NCBI GenBank assembly: GCA_963812155.1
Contig: CAWETW010000004.1
Location: 1 to 64,000, forward strand
From: Vulcanimicrobiota bacterium
GTDB taxonomy: Bacteria; Vulcanimicrobiota; Vulcanimicrobiia; Vulcanimicrobiales; Vulcanimicrobiaceae
DNA: 64,000 nucleotides
Direction of reading: 5' to 3'
The notes below the pieces were generated by a model. It was not told the DNA's origin. It did no database searches and saw only the letters and a program-made list of their open reading frames with translations. The position numbers and the translations under genes are program-made. Shown one piece after another: positions 30,380-42,139 of this stretch. Numbering within the stretch: position 1 is the stretch's first letter; each line of letters starts with the position of its first letter.

Positions 30380-31171
30380 GTGGCATCGAACGTAACCCCG
30401 CGTCTCTCGTACGGCTCGTATCTCAACGTCGAAGGATTGCTCTCGCTGCAGAAACCCCTTTCGCAGCCGGAGCACCACGACGAGATGCTCTTCATCATCA
30501 TCCATCAAGTCTACGAGCTGTGGTTCAAACAGCTGCTGCACGAAGTGGACGAATCCGTGCGCGCGCTGGATCGCGACGACGTGCTGCGTGTGGCCAAGCA
30601 CTTCCGCCGGATTCACGCGATTCAGCGCATCCTCGAGCAGCAGGTCGACGTGCTCGAGACGATGACGCCTCAGGAGTTCAACCAGTTTCGCGACAACCTC
30701 AATCCCGCCAGCGGATTTCAATCGATCCAGTTTCGCGAGCTCGAGTTTGCCTGCGGCATACGCCGTCCGGACGTCCTCAAGTACGTGGAGATGGACGACG
30801 CGGCACGAAGGCGCTTGGAGCGGCGTTTGAAAGAGCCGTCGCTCTACGACCACGTCAAAGAATTGCTGCGCCGCCGCGGCTTCGCGGTCGACTCCCACGA
30901 CGAATTAGTCGAGAGTTTTCGCCGCATCTACAGCGACGAGGAACGTTACTATGACCTGCACTTGCTGCTGGAGGATCTCATCGAGTTCGACGAGCGCCTG
31001 TTACTGTGGCGCGGCCGCCACGTGCGCATGGTCGAGCGCATGATCGGCCGCAAGCAGGGCACCGGCGGATCGGCCGGCGTCGATTATTTGGCGCGCACGC
31101 TCGAGAACCGGATGTTTCCGGAACTGTGGGACGTGCGCACGCTGCTCGGGACCGGTGCGAGTTACGCATGA
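30380..31171 (+). CDS. kynA: Tryptophan 2,3-dioxygenase
   Basis: YGSYL, HDEMLFIIIHQVYELWFKQ, ASGFQS, GTGGS. Confidence 0.93.
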   Translation: MASNVTPRLSYGSYLNVEGLLSLQKPLSQPEHHDEMLFIIIHQVYELWFKQLLHEVDESVRALDRDDVLRVAKHFRRIHAIQRILEQQVDVLETMTPQEFNQFRDNLNPASGFQSIQFRELEFACGIRRPDVLKYVEMDDAARRRLERRLKEPSLYDHVKELLRRRGFAVDSHDELVESFRRIYSDEERYYDLHLLLEDLIEFDERLLLWRGRHVRMVERMIGRKQGTGGSAGVDYLARTLENRMFPELWDVRTLLGTGASYA

Positions 31172-32325
31172 GGGAATCAATGGAAGCGACGGTAACGCAT
31201 GCGCTCGCGCGCGACGAGTTTCCAATCCTCGCACGGTCGACGTATCTGGTGAGCCATTCGATGGGTGCCGCTCCGTTGGGCGCCAAGGCGGCGCTGGCGA
31301 CGTACTGGGAACAGTGGGCGGCCGATGGTCCCGAAGCGTGGGAGCAGTGGCTGCCGGCGATTGCGACGATCGCCGACGGCATCGGCGCCATCGTCGGTGC
31401 GCCGGCCGGCAGCGTATTCCTCGGCCCAAACGTTTCGGTGCTGCAAGCGGCGCTGGCGACGTGCGTGGACTTCTCCGGCGATCGGTGTGAGGTCGTCTAC
31501 GAGTCGTTGCAGTTTCCGTCGCTGACCTACGTTTGGCGCGAGTGGGAGCGTTTCGGCGCGCGCACGAACGTCGTTCCGTCCGACGATGGGCGCTCGATTC
31601 CCACCGAGCGCATCTGCGCGGCGATCACCGAACGAACGGCGATCGCCGTGCTTTCGCACGCCTACTACGTTTCCGGCGCGATCGCCGACGTCGCGACGAT
31701 TCAAGCGCATTGCCGCAACATCGGAACGCTGCTCTGCGTCGACGCATATCAAACGACCGGCGTCTATCCCTACGACGTGACGCAATGGGATCTCGATCTG
31801 GTTACCGGCGGCTCGCACAAGTGGCTGTGCGGCGGTCCGGGTTGCGCGTGGATCTACGTCAAGCCGGCGCTGCTGCAGCGTTTTCGCCCCGCGGTCACCG
31901 GCTGGATGGCGCACGCGCGGCCCTTCGCTTTCGAAGCGGCGCCGATCGACCATGCTGCGTCCATGTATCGCTGGGGCAACGGCACACCCACGATTCCAGG
32001 TTATCTCGCCGCGAAACCCGGTCACGATTTGATCCGCGGCGCCGGTATCGCACGCATTCGCGAACACAACGTGCGCCTGACCACCAAAATTGCCGAGGCG
32101 GCGCTCGAACGCGGGCTGCGCGTCAACACGCCGCTGCAGCCCGAACGCCGCACCGGATGGATCGGCATCGATTTCGACGGGGCCGAACGAGCCTGCCGCG
32201 ACCTCGTCGCGGAGCGCGTGTTTCTCGACTACCGGCCCGGTTGCGGGCTGCGCGTCAGTCCGCATTTTTATACCACCGACGACGAAATCGACGCATTTTT
32301 CGACGCCCTCGACCGCATGCGCTGA
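31168..32325 (+). CDS. kynU: Kynureninase-like class V PLP enzyme
   Basis: ATGA overlap with kynA; SHSMG, FPS, DAYQ, HKWLCGGPG, GWMAH. Confidence 0.75.
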   Translation: MRESMEATVTHALARDEFPILARSTYLVSHSMGAAPLGAKAALATYWEQWAADGPEAWEQWLPAIATIADGIGAIVGAPAGSVFLGPNVSVLQAALATCVDFSGDRCEVVYESLQFPSLTYVWREWERFGARTNVVPSDDGRSIPTERICAAITERTAIAVLSHAYYVSGAIADVATIQAHCRNIGTLLCVDAYQTTGVYPYDVTQWDLDLVTGGSHKWLCGGPGCAWIYVKPALLQRFRPAVTGWMAHARPFAFEAAPIDHAASMYRWGNGTPTIPGYLAAKPGHDLIRGAGIARIREHNVRLTTKIAEAALERGLRVNTPLQPERRTGWIGIDFDGAERACRDLVAERVFLDYRPGCGLRVSPHFYTTDDEIDAFFDALDRMR

Positions 32326-32358
32326 AACTTCCGCCCGCGCCTGTGGGTCGGATGGGGC

Positions 32359-33696
32359 GTGATCGTCGACCATCGCGACGTAGGCGCCGCATTCCGGCGC
32401 CTTTCGCTTCCGGTTGCTGCGCAAATGCTCGGCGATCAGATTCTCGGCATCGTCGACACGATCGCGATCGGCAGCCTCGGCGCGGTCGCGCTCGCGGGCG
32501 CGACCGCCGCCAGCGCGATTTTGACGGCCGTGCTGTTTTCGATTTTCGGGTTGCTGACCGGGACGTCGATCATCGCCGCGCAGCGGATCGGCGCTGACGA
32601 CGTCGACGGATTCGCGCGCACGCTGCGCGCGGGAGCCATCGTGCCGTTCGCCGTCGCGCTCGCCGGGCTGGCACTCGGCATCTTCTTCAGCAAACCGGCG
32701 GTGCACGCGCTCGTCGGCGACTTGCCGTCGGCCGGCGCCAGCGCGCAGTACCTCACGCTGCGCCTCGCGTCGGCACTGCCGATCGTCATTTCGGGCACGA
32801 TCATCGTCGGTCTCGGAGCGGCCGGCAATCGCATCGTCGGCGTGCTCGTCCTCGTCGCGATCAATCTCGTACACATTCCGCTGCTGCTAATGCTGGGGCT
32901 CGGCTGGTGGACGCACCATCCGCTCGGTATCGCGGGCGCCGGCATTTCGTCGCTGCTCTCGGAGACGTTCGGCTGCATCTGCGCCATTGCGTACGTTTGG
33001 CGCAAACCCGCGTATCGCGTTTTTGCAAGTTGGAAAATTTCGTGGGCGACGGCGCGCGAGTGCACGCGCCTCGGTTTGCCTGAATCGATCTTTCTCGCCG
33101 GCGTCATGCTCCCCGATATTGCCGTCGTCGCGATGCTGGCGCCGCTCGGCGCGCCGGTCGTCGCGGCGTTTCGCGCGCTCAACGTCGTTTCGGATCTCAC
33201 GTTCGTATTCCCGAGTCCGCTGCAGAGCGCGGCGCAGACCGTCATCGGCCAGCGCCTCGGTGCCGGCGACGTAGACGGCGCGCGCTGGTTTCTCGGACGC
33301 GCGCAGCGGTTCGCAACGCTGGTTACCGCCGCGGCCGGCATCGTCGCGGCCGCACTCGCGTGGCCGCTCGCCTACATCTTCACGCTCAACGCGGCCGTTG
33401 CGAGCATGGCCGCGCTGCCGCTTGCCGTGCACATGGCGACGCTGCCGCTCAAAGGTTGGGCGATGGTCTCCCTCGCGCCGATTCGTGCCTCCGGCGATAC
33501 CCGCTTTTCGATGATCGTCGGCCTCGTCTGCGCCGCGCTCGTCATTCCGTTTGCATGGCTGGGCATCGAACGGCTGCACATCGGCCTGTACAGCGTACCG
33601 TTGGGCTGGATCTCGGCATGGGCCGTGCGCGCACTGTTGACGGAGTGGAAGCTCCGCGCAGGCACGTGGACGCGCCGCCCCGTGCTTGCATCGTAA
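32359..33696 (+). CDS. MATE family efflux transporter
   Basis: LSLPV..GIVDTIAIG.LG..ALAG, AQRIGA, GQRLGAG, RASGDTR. Confidence 0.88.
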   Translation: MIVDHRDVGAAFRRLSLPVAAQMLGDQILGIVDTIAIGSLGAVALAGATAASAILTAVLFSIFGLLTGTSIIAAQRIGADDVDGFARTLRAGAIVPFAVALAGLALGIFFSKPAVHALVGDLPSAGASAQYLTLRLASALPIVISGTIIVGLGAAGNRIVGVLVLVAINLVHIPLLLMLGLGWWTHHPLGIAGAGISSLLSETFGCICAIAYVWRKPAYRVFASWKISWATARECTRLGLPESIFLAGVMLPDIAVVAMLAPLGAPVVAAFRALNVVSDLTFVFPSPLQSAAQTVIGQRLGAGDVDGARWFLGRAQRFATLVTAAAGIVAAALAWPLAYIFTLNAAVASMAALPLAVHMATLPLKGWAMVSLAPIRASGDTRFSMIVGLVCAALVIPFAWLGIERLHIGLYSVPLGWISAWAVRALLTEWKLRAGTWTRRPVLAS

Positions 33697-33707
33697 ATGC
33701 TACTGCG

Positions 33708-34499
33708 TCATCGGAGAACGTCACGTCCGGCGCCGGCCAGTACATGCGCGAACTCGGCGTGAATGCGGCCGTTAGTCGCCAGAATCGAGCGCGCGTCGAG
33801 CGCCGGCGGCGTACCGTCGGCGCGCGTGACGCGACCGTTTGCTTCGGAGACGAGTAAGGTGCCGGCGGCAACGTCCCAGGCGTGCAATCCAAACTCCCAA
33901 AATCCGTCGAAGCGACCGCACGCGACGTAGGCGAGATCCAGCGCGGCCGAGCCGTCGCGCCGCACCGCCTGGGCGACGTTCGATGCGGCGCGAAAATGCG
34001 CGGCATTGCGCTCGAAATCGGCGGGATAGAAACCGGTGCAGACCATCGCGCCGGCCATGCGCTCGATCGGCGACACGCGGATGTCGCGATCGTTCATCCG
34101 CGCGCCGGATCCTCGTTCGGCGATAAAGATTTCGTTCATCGCCGGGGCATAGACGACGCCGGCGATCAGTTCGCCGGATCGTTCGTATGCGATCGAGACG
34201 CAATAGAGCGGATAGCCGTGAGCGAAGTTCGTCGTTCCGTCGAGCGGGTCGACGATCCAGCGTTCGTCGGCGGTGCCGGCGTGCGTTCCGGTTTCTTCGG
34301 TAAGGATCGTCGCATTCGGATAGTCGCGGCGCAGCCGCTCCAGAACGATGCGTTCGCTTGCGCTATCGGCATCCGTGACGAGATCGCCACGTTGTCCCTT
34401 TTCGCGAATCTCGCGCGGAGTGCGCGCTTCGTGCGTCAGAACCGCGCCGGCTTCGCGCGCGACGGCGACAGCGGTTTGGAGTGGATCGGGCCGGCGCAT
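33708..34499 (-). CDS. suhB: Inositol monophosphatase family protein
   Basis: DLVTDAD, WIVDPLDGTTNF, GSAALDL, WDVAAG. Confidence 0.88.
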   Translation of the reverse strand: MRRPDPLQTAVAVAREAGAVLTHEARTPREIREKGQRGDLVTDADSASERIVLERLRRDYPNATILTEETGTHAGTADERWIVDPLDGTTNFAHGYPLYCVSIAYERSGELIAGVVYAPAMNEIFIAERGSGARMNDRDIRVSPIERMAGAMVCTGFYPADFERNAAHFRAASNVAQAVRRDGSAALDLAYVACGRFDGFWEFGLHAWDVAAGTLLVSEANGRVTRADGTPPALDARSILATNGRIHAEFAHVLAGAGRDVLR

Positions 34500-34556
34500 C
34501 GCCAGCCGCATTGGATGCGGAGGCCGCCGGGTCCCCGGTGCGAATGAGGCACAATA

Positions 34557-35877
34557 ATGGCGTTCAGCGAGGGGTTCATCTCGGAATTGGTCGGGCGACG
34601 CGCCACGGTCAACGACCTCGCGGTCGGCAAGGTCACCGATTTTCTGGTGACCAAACCCGACGATACGTTTCCGCAGATCGACGGGCTCGTCATCAAGACG
34701 TCGCAGCGGATTGCGATTCGCGCCGATCGATACCGTTGCCGACGTCGACCGCCACGGCACCGTCGCGCTGACCGCCGCACCCGACCGAACCGGCGCCCCG
34801 CGACGATCAGGCGCTCTACCTCGTCGCCGATCTGCTCGACAAGCAGATCGTCGACGTCGACGGCCGCAAGGTCGTGCGCATCAACGACATCGAGGTCGCC
34901 AGCACCGGCGGGCGCATGCGCGTGGTTGCCGCCGACGTCGGCGTCGCGGGGCTCTTGCGCCGCCTCGGGCCTGAAATCGTTCGGCCGCCGCTTCACGCCG
35001 GGCGTCTACCGGCCGGTGCCGCGCTCGATGATCGCGTGGGACTCCGTCGCGCCGATTCGCGATGCCAATCCCGCCGCAAGTGAGCCTCTCCGTCAAAGCG
35101 CAGCAAACTCGCGCGTCTGCATCCCTCGGAGCTTGCCGAGATCATCGGCGATCTCTCGGCGCGCGAAGCCGCGGCGCGTCGTCGGACAGCTCGACGACGA
35201 GACCGCCGCCGATGCGTTCGAACATCTCGATGCCGAAACGCAGAAGACGCTGATCGACGACATCGGCACGGAGCGCGCCGCCGACATCATCGAGGAGATG
35301 GATTCCGACGACGCCGCCGATCTGCTCGGCCGAGCTCCCCGAAGAGCAGCAATCGCGAACTGCTGCGCCGAGATGAACGCCTACACCGCCGACGAGCTGC
35401 GCGAGCTGGTCAAGTACGACGAGGACACCGCCGGCGGTCTGATGACCACCGACTACATCGTGGATCTATCCGCATCGCACGACCGAAGCGACGATTCGCA
35501 AGATTCGCGAGATCGCGCCGACGTCGGAGTTCATCTACTACCTCTACGTGCTCGACAAGGACGACCATCTGCTCGGCGCGCTCTCGCTGCGCACGCTGCT
35601 GCTCGCGCTGCCGACGGCGTTCATCGACCGGATCATGGAGACCGACCTCGTGACGCGTCGCATCCCGACGCGACCGCGGTCGACGTCGCCGCGACGATCG
35701 CGCGCTACGATCTGCTCGCCGTGCCGGTGCGTCGACGACGACGGCAAGATGCTCGGCATCGTGACCGTCGACGACGCGATCGACGCGATCATGCCCGACG
35801 ACGTCGCGAAGAAACTTCCGCGATTCACCGCGCGGCGCCACTCGCACGCGGCGCACGCCGCTGCGAGCGGGGCGTAA
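34557..35877 (+). CDS. MgtE N-terminal/CBS domain protein lacking the TM domain (multiple indels)
   Basis: LLDKQIVDVDGRKVVRINDI, EEMDSDDAADLL, TAGGLMTTDY, LGIVTVDDAID across frames. Confidence 0.8.
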
Positions 35878-35881
35878 CGCC

Positions 35882-37180
35882 GTGAGCCAAGTGCGCCGCG
35901 CACGGCGCTCGCTGATGCGATCGCTGCTGCTGATTGCGGCCGTGCTCGGCCCGGGATTCGTCACGGCGTCGGCCGGCAACGACGTCGGCGGCATCGCGCA
36001 CGTACTCGGCAGCCGGCGCGCAGTTCGGCTACATCGCTCCTCTGGGTGCTGATTCCGCTGGCCGTCGCGCTGATCGTCGTGCAGGAGATGGCGACGCGCA
36101 TGGGCTGCGTCACCGGCAAGGGTCTCGCGGCGCTCTTTCGCGAGAACTTCGGCGTCGGATCTCGTTCTTCGCGATGGCTGCTGCTCTTCCTCATCAACAC
36201 GCTGCTCACCGCGACCGAGTTCGCCGGCATCGCCGCGCGCCGCAGAAATCTTTCATCTCTCGCGCTACATCGCAGTTCCGATCGCGGCTCATCGTCGTCT
36301 TCTTCTTCGTTCTGCGGTTCGACAACAAGATCGTCGAGCGCATCGTTCGTCGTCTTCTCGCTCATCTATCTCAGCTATATCGTGTCGGCGATGCTCGCGC
36401 AACCCGAATTGGCACGAGGTCGCGCGCGGAACGCTCGTTCCGACGTTTCACTGGCAGACCGCCGGCTGGCTGGCGACGGTGGTCGGCTTGATCGGCACGA
36501 CGATCTCGCCGTACATGCAGTTCTTCTTGCAGTCGGCCGTCGTCGAAAAGGGATCGCGCATCGACGAGCTTGCCGTTCGCGCGCGCCGACGTGATCAACG
36601 GATCGATTGCTGGCGATCGTGCTCGCCGGCTTCATGATCATCGCGAACGCGGCGACGATCTATCATGGCGAACCAGCCACGGCGCGCACATCGATCGCGA
36701 CGCAAGCCGCCGATTTCGCGGTCGCGCTGCAACCGCTGGCCGGCGACTTCGCCTCGGCGATCTTCGCGCTTCGGCATTCTCAACGCCGGCGTCTTCACGG
36801 CCACCGTGCTTCCGCTCTCGACCGCGTACATCGTCTGCGAAGCGTTCGGCTTCGAAGCGGCGGTCGACCGCAAGTTCGAAGAAGCGCCGGTCTTCTTCAC
36901 GCTCTTCGCGGCCGGATTGCGTGATCGGCGCGGCGATCGTGCTGATTCCGCACCTCCCGCTGCTCAAGATGGTTCTGCTGCGCGCAAGTCGCTGCAAGGC
37001 ATTCTGCTTCCCGCCGAACTGGTGCTGATGCTCATCGTCGTCAACCGCAAGCACGTCATGGGCGAGCACACGAATAAACCGTGGGTGAACGCCATCGCGT
37101 GGACGACCGTGGCGGTCGTCGGCACGCTTTCCATCGTCTACGTGGCGGGGCAGTTTCTGCCGGGATTGCTCGGCGGTTGA
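35882..37180 (+). CDS. NRAMP-related divalent metal (probably Mg2+) transporter (multiple indels)
   Basis: LGPGFVTASAGNDVGGI, QEMATRMGCVTGKGL, GTTISPYM, EAFGFE. Confidence 0.8.
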
Positions 37181-37182
37181 CG

Positions 37183-38324
37183 ATGCGCCCCGAACGCATC
37201 GTGGACTTCGCAGAGCGGCTCGCAGCAATCGTTGCCGCGGGCGGGGGTGCCGAGGCACTCGCCGCGCACTTGGCCGATGCAACCGGCGCCGGCGTGCTGC
37301 TCGAGGATGCGCAGCGGCGTCGCATCGCGAGCGCCGGCGTGGCACCACGTTCGCCGAACGGGCGCACGGCGGTCGAGAACGGCGAGGCCGGCCGGGCGCT
37401 GCGGCTGACGGCCGGCGAAACGCACGTTGGGTGGCTTCGCGTCTTGGACGACGGCGCGACGACGGCAAAACCGGCGCAATCCACAGACTTGGCGCTCTTG
37501 GCGCGGCTTACAGCGGCCGCAATTGCCGTGGAGCTGGCGCGGCGGCCCGACGCACCGCGCGGCCGGGAGGCGTTTTGGGAACGCCTCGTCGACCGCGTGC
37601 ACTCGGATGCCGACGCAATACGGGAGGACGCGACCGCGAGCGGCATCGTGCCGGCAGCCGCGTACCTCGCGATCGCGCTGGAATGCGAGGGCGGTACGGA
37701 AATCGCCGCAGTGCGTGGCGGTCGCCGGCGACGTCTTTCGCACCGGCGATGCCGAGGCCGGAATGCTCGAGCGCGCGACCACGCTGCTCGTCTTCGTTCC
37801 GGCGGCTCGCGAGATCGATGCGAGCAACGCGCGCACGGCCGCCGCGCTCCTTCCGAAAACGGTTGCCAAGCGAAGCCACGACCTGCACTTTAGCGGCGGC
37901 GTCGGGACCGTCGAACCGCCCGCAACGCTCTACCGCAGCGCCGAGGCGGCGCGCAGCGGCTTTGGCCATCGGCCGTCGCGTGCTCGGCAGCGGACGCGTC
38001 GTTTCGTACGATGCGCTCGGCGCGTACCCGCTGCTCTACGAAGGCGCCGATCTGCGGCGTCTGCAGTCGTTCGCGCGCAGCGTGCTGTTGCCGCTGCGCG
38101 AGTACGATGAGCGTCATCAAACGGAACTCGAGCGAACCTTGCGGCTTTTCTTCGAAACCGGTCAGAACGTGAAAACGGCGGCGGCGCGCCTCAACGTGCA
38201 CCGGCATACGGTCTTCTATCGCCTGCGCCAGATCGCCGATATCTGCGCGTGCGCGTTGGAGAGTCCCCACGATCAACTCACCCTGCGCTTGGCGGTAGCA
38301 ATCGATGCACTCCATTCCCCGTAA
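37183..38324 (+). CDS. PucR/CdaR family transcriptional regulator (frameshifts)
   Basis: C-terminal HTH: TLRLFF..GQNVKTAAARLNVHRHTVFYRLRQI. Confidence 0.85.
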
Positions 38325-39618
38325 CGACCGGCGTCCGACGTCGAAACGCGACGTCGTCAAACTCGCGCGCGAACAGAACGTGCGCTTCGTACGCTTAGTG
38401 TTCGCCGACATCTTCGGCGTCAGCAAGAACGTCTCGGTGCCGGTCGGCGAACTCGAAAACGCGCTCGACGGCACGGTCACGTTCGACGGCGGATCGATCG
38501 ACGGGTTCGTGCGGGGCGAGGAGCTCGACATGATGCTTCGGCCGGATCCGGCGACCTTTGCGGTCTATCCGTGGCCGGCCCCCGACGGCCGCGAGGCGCG
38601 CTTGATTTGCGACATCGCGATGCCCGACGGCTTGCCCTTCGAAGGCTGTCCGCGCACGACGCTGCGCCGGTCGCTCGAACGTGCGACGTCGTTGCGCGGA
38701 CTGCGCGTCGGTCTCGAAGCGGAGTTCTTTCTCTTCGATAAGCGTTCGGGCGACGGAGATTCGACGACGACCGGAGACGTCGGGTCGTATTTCGATTTCT
38801 CCGCGAACGATCGCGGCGAAGCCGCACGCAACGCGATCGTGGCCGCGCTGCAGGCGATGGACGTTCCGGTCGCGTCGGCGCATCACGAGCACGCCGCCGG
38901 CCAGCACGAGATCGATCTCGCCCACGACGATCCGCTCGCTGCGGCGGATCACGCGCTGACGATGCGCACCATCGTCAAGCACGTCGCCGCCGGTTTCGAC
39001 CTCGACGCGACCTTCATGCCCAAGCCGATCGAGGACCGCGCCGGAAACGGACTGCACGTCGACTTTCTGCTGGCGCCCGATACCGACGACGCGACCGCGC
39101 TCTACGTCGTGGGCGGGTTACTCGCGCACGCAGCGGCAGTCACCGCGGTCTGCAATCCAACCGTGAACTCGTACAAACGGCTGGTCGCCGCGTGGGACGC
39201 GCCGATCTATACGGTGTGGTCGCAGCGCAGCGCCAACGCGCTCGTCCGCGTGCCGCCGGGCCGCACGCCGCCGCGCGTCGAGATGCGCAGCCCCGACCCG
39301 GCGTGCAATCCATATCTCGCGCTCGCGGTGCTGATCGGCGCTGCCGCCGACGGCGTCGCGCGCAGCACGCTTCCCGGACCGGCATTCGCGGGTTCGACGT
39401 ACGATCTCGGCGAGCACGAACGCCGCGAACGGGGAATCGGCATGCTGCCGCGCTCGCTCCGGCAGGCCATCGACGAACTCGACGCCGACGCCGTGGTGCG
39501 CTCGGCGCTCGGCGACCATCTCTACCACGCATTTCGCGACGCGAAACTCGCCGAATACGAACGCTATCGCCGCGCCGTCCATCCGTGGGAACGCGAACAG
39601 TATCTTCGGTTGTACTAA
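38305..39618 (+). CDS. Glutamine synthetase family protein (divergent active site)
   Basis: FDGGSI, EAEFF, HHEHAAGQHEI, ATFMPKP, NSYKRL, RVEMRSPD. Confidence 0.88.
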   Translation: MHSIPRNDRRPTSKRDVVKLAREQNVRFVRLVFADIFGVSKNVSVPVGELENALDGTVTFDGGSIDGFVRGEELDMMLRPDPATFAVYPWPAPDGREARLICDIAMPDGLPFEGCPRTTLRRSLERATSLRGLRVGLEAEFFLFDKRSGDGDSTTTGDVGSYFDFSANDRGEAARNAIVAALQAMDVPVASAHHEHAAGQHEIDLAHDDPLAAADHALTMRTIVKHVAAGFDLDATFMPKPIEDRAGNGLHVDFLLAPDTDDATALYVVGGLLAHAAAVTAVCNPTVNSYKRLVAAWDAPIYTVWSQRSANALVRVPPGRTPPRVEMRSPDPACNPYLALAVLIGAAADGVARSTLPGPAFAGSTYDLGEHERRERGIGMLPRSLRQAIDELDADAVVRSALGDHLYHAFRDAKLAEYERYRRAVHPWEREQYLRLY

Positions 39619-39628
39619 ACGTCGTTGG

Positions 39629-41053
39629 TTACGCTGCGCGTAGCGTTGCGGCCGTTCTGCGTAGCAGATCCCACGCGAACTCGACGTCGGCGCGTTCGGT
39701 GCGCAGGTTGCCGATGGCGAGACGCAATGCAAAGACGCCTTCGATTCGCGTGTGCGAGATGAAGATTTCGCCGGTCGCGTTGACGGCGTGCATGAGGCGT
39801 TCGTTGAACTCGTCGAGTGCGCCGGGCTCGACTGCGCGGTAGCGAAAGCAGACGACCGAAAGCGGATGCGGCGCGAGGATTTCCCAGTCAGGGTCGTCGC
39901 GCACCCAGCCCGCGAATGTCTGCGCGAGTCCGATATGCGCGCGCAGTTTCTCTGCGAATTCCTTCGACACCGAACCAGCGCAGCACGAACCAGAGTTTGA
40001 GCGCGCGAAAACGCCGGCCCGAGCTGGAGCCCGTAATCCATGTAGTTCACCGCGTCGCCCTCGGGCGTCGTGAGATATTCGGGCACCAGCGCGAACGCCC
40101 GGCGCAGCAGCGCTTCGTCTTTGACGAACAGCACCGAGAGATCCATCGGCACGAAGAGCCACTTGTGCGGGTTGACGACCAGCGAATCGGCGCGCGCGAC
40201 GCCATCGAGCAGATTCGCGAACTCCGGGACGATCGCAGCCATGCCCGGCGTACGCGGCGTCGACGTGCAGCCATACGCGCGAGCGCTCGCGTCACATCGG
40301 CGATCTCGGGCACCGGGTCGATCGACGTCGTCGAGGTGGTGCCGACGGTGGCGATCGATGGCGAGCGGACGCATGCCGGCGGCAACGTCGTCAGCGATGC
40401 ACTGCTGCAGCGCATCCGGGCGCATCCGAAAGGCTGCATCGCAGGCCACGCGCACGACGTTCTCTTGGCCGATGCCTAGTGCGATCGCCGCTTTCTCGAC
40501 GTGCGAATGCGTGTGTTCGGTGATATAGACGCGTAACCGCGGAAGGTCGCGACCGGTCATGCCGAGCCGTCGAATGCCCAGATCGAGCGCTTCGCGCGCC
40601 GCCGCCAGCGCCGTGAAGCCCGCAATCGACGCGGTGTCGTAAATGATGCCCATCCAGCCGTCCGGAACGCCGAGCAGCGTACCGAGCCAGCGCATCGTCA
40701 CTTCTTCCAGTTCGGTGGCCGAGGGCGACGTGCGCCACAGCATCGCTTTGACGTCGAGCGTCGCCGACAACGCCTCGGCGAGAATGGCCACGGGCGCCGA
40801 ACTCGTCGCAAAATACGCAAAGAACCGCGGATGATTCCAGTGTGTGGTTCCTTGCACGACGATGCGCTCGAAATCATCGAAGATGCGGTCGAACGGATTC
40901 GCCGCGTTCGGGCGCGCGCTCGGGTAGCCGGCGGCGCACGTCGCCGGGGCGGACCTCCGGCATCACGCGATACCGCTCGGGGTGCCGGAAATATCGCACG
41001 ATCCAGCGCGCCACGCGCGCAAAATCGGCCTCGAAATCGTCCTTTTCGTTCAC
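39629..41053 (-). CDS. Aromatic-L-amino-acid decarboxylase (group II PLP; multiple indels)
   Basis: THWNHPRFFAYF, SPSATELE, HSHVEKAA, NPHKWLF, PEYL, VVCFR. Confidence 0.85.
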
Positions 41054-41093
41054 GCCGTGAAGAGTTGGCGGGGAACGCGGAGAAGGCCCTTTC

Positions 41094-42134
41094 ATGAAGT
41101 ATCGCACGTATCCCAACACCGACGTGACGGTCAGCGAGGTCGGCTTCGGCCTGTGGACGACGTCGACCGGATGGTGGGGCGAAAAGAGCGACGACGACGC
41201 CGTCGCCCTGCTGCGTGAAGCATTCGATTTCGGCATTACGCTTTTCGACGCAGCCGACACGTACGGCAACGGCCGCAGCGAAGAGCAATTGGCGAAAGCG
41301 TTCGGCGCCAATCGCGATCGCGTGGTGTATGCGACGAAGTTCGGATACGATTTCTACACCCCGCGCAACGTCGAAGGGCGGCGCGGACAGGTCGAGTTAC
41401 CGCACGATTTCTCGCCGGCGTTCGTGCGCCGCGCGCTCGAGGAGTCGCTGCGCCGTCTGCAGACCGACTACGTCGACATCTATCAAATGCACAACGCCCG
41501 CATGGCGCAAATCGACGACGATCCGCTGTGGGAATTGCTCGAAACCCTCAAGCGCGAAGGGAAGATCCGCATGTACGGCGTTGCGCTCGGACCGGCAATC
41601 GGCTGGCTCTACGAAGGCGTCGACGCGATACGTAAGCGCAACGTCGCGAGCCTGCAGATCATCTGGAACGCGCTGGAACGGTATCCGGGCGACGAGCAGA
41701 TTCGCGCGGCATACGAAAGCGGCGCGGACACGGGGTATATGATTCGCGTGCCGCACTCGAGCGGGATGCTCGAGGGACACTATACCGAAGAGACCGTTTT
41801 CCCCGAAGGCGACCACCGCCGCCACCGGCCACGCTCGTGGCTGGTCAACGGCGTCAAAAAGGTCGAGCAGTTGCGGTTTCTCGAGCGCCCCGATCGCACG
41901 CTCGGGCAGGCCGCAATCGCATGGCTGTTGCGCGAGCCCCGCGTGATGAGCGTTCTTCCGAACATCTACGACCGCGAGCAACTGGTCGAGTTCGCCGGTG
42001 CGCCGGAGGCGCCCGCGCTCGGCGACGATGAAGCGGCCCGAATGGACGCACTCTACGCAGCGAACTTCGGAATCGAGGAACCGCCGATGGCCTTCAAAGG
42101 TACGATGGAACGTTCCGAATCGCTTCCGGTCTAG
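41094..42134 (+). CDS. Aldo/keto reductase
   Basis: VSEVGFG, FDAADTYG, ATKFG, SLRRLQTDYVDIYQMH. Confidence 0.9.
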   Translation: MKYRTYPNTDVTVSEVGFGLWTTSTGWWGEKSDDDAVALLREAFDFGITLFDAADTYGNGRSEEQLAKAFGANRDRVVYATKFGYDFYTPRNVEGRRGQVELPHDFSPAFVRRALEESLRRLQTDYVDIYQMHNARMAQIDDDPLWELLETLKREGKIRMYGVALGPAIGWLYEGVDAIRKRNVASLQIIWNALERYPGDEQIRAAYESGADTGYMIRVPHSSGMLEGHYTEETVFPEGDHRRHRPRSWLVNGVKKVEQLRFLERPDRTLGQAAIAWLLREPRVMSVLPNIYDREQLVEFAGAPEAPALGDDEAARMDALYAANFGIEEPPMAFKGTMERSESLPV

Positions 42135-42139
42135 GCGCA

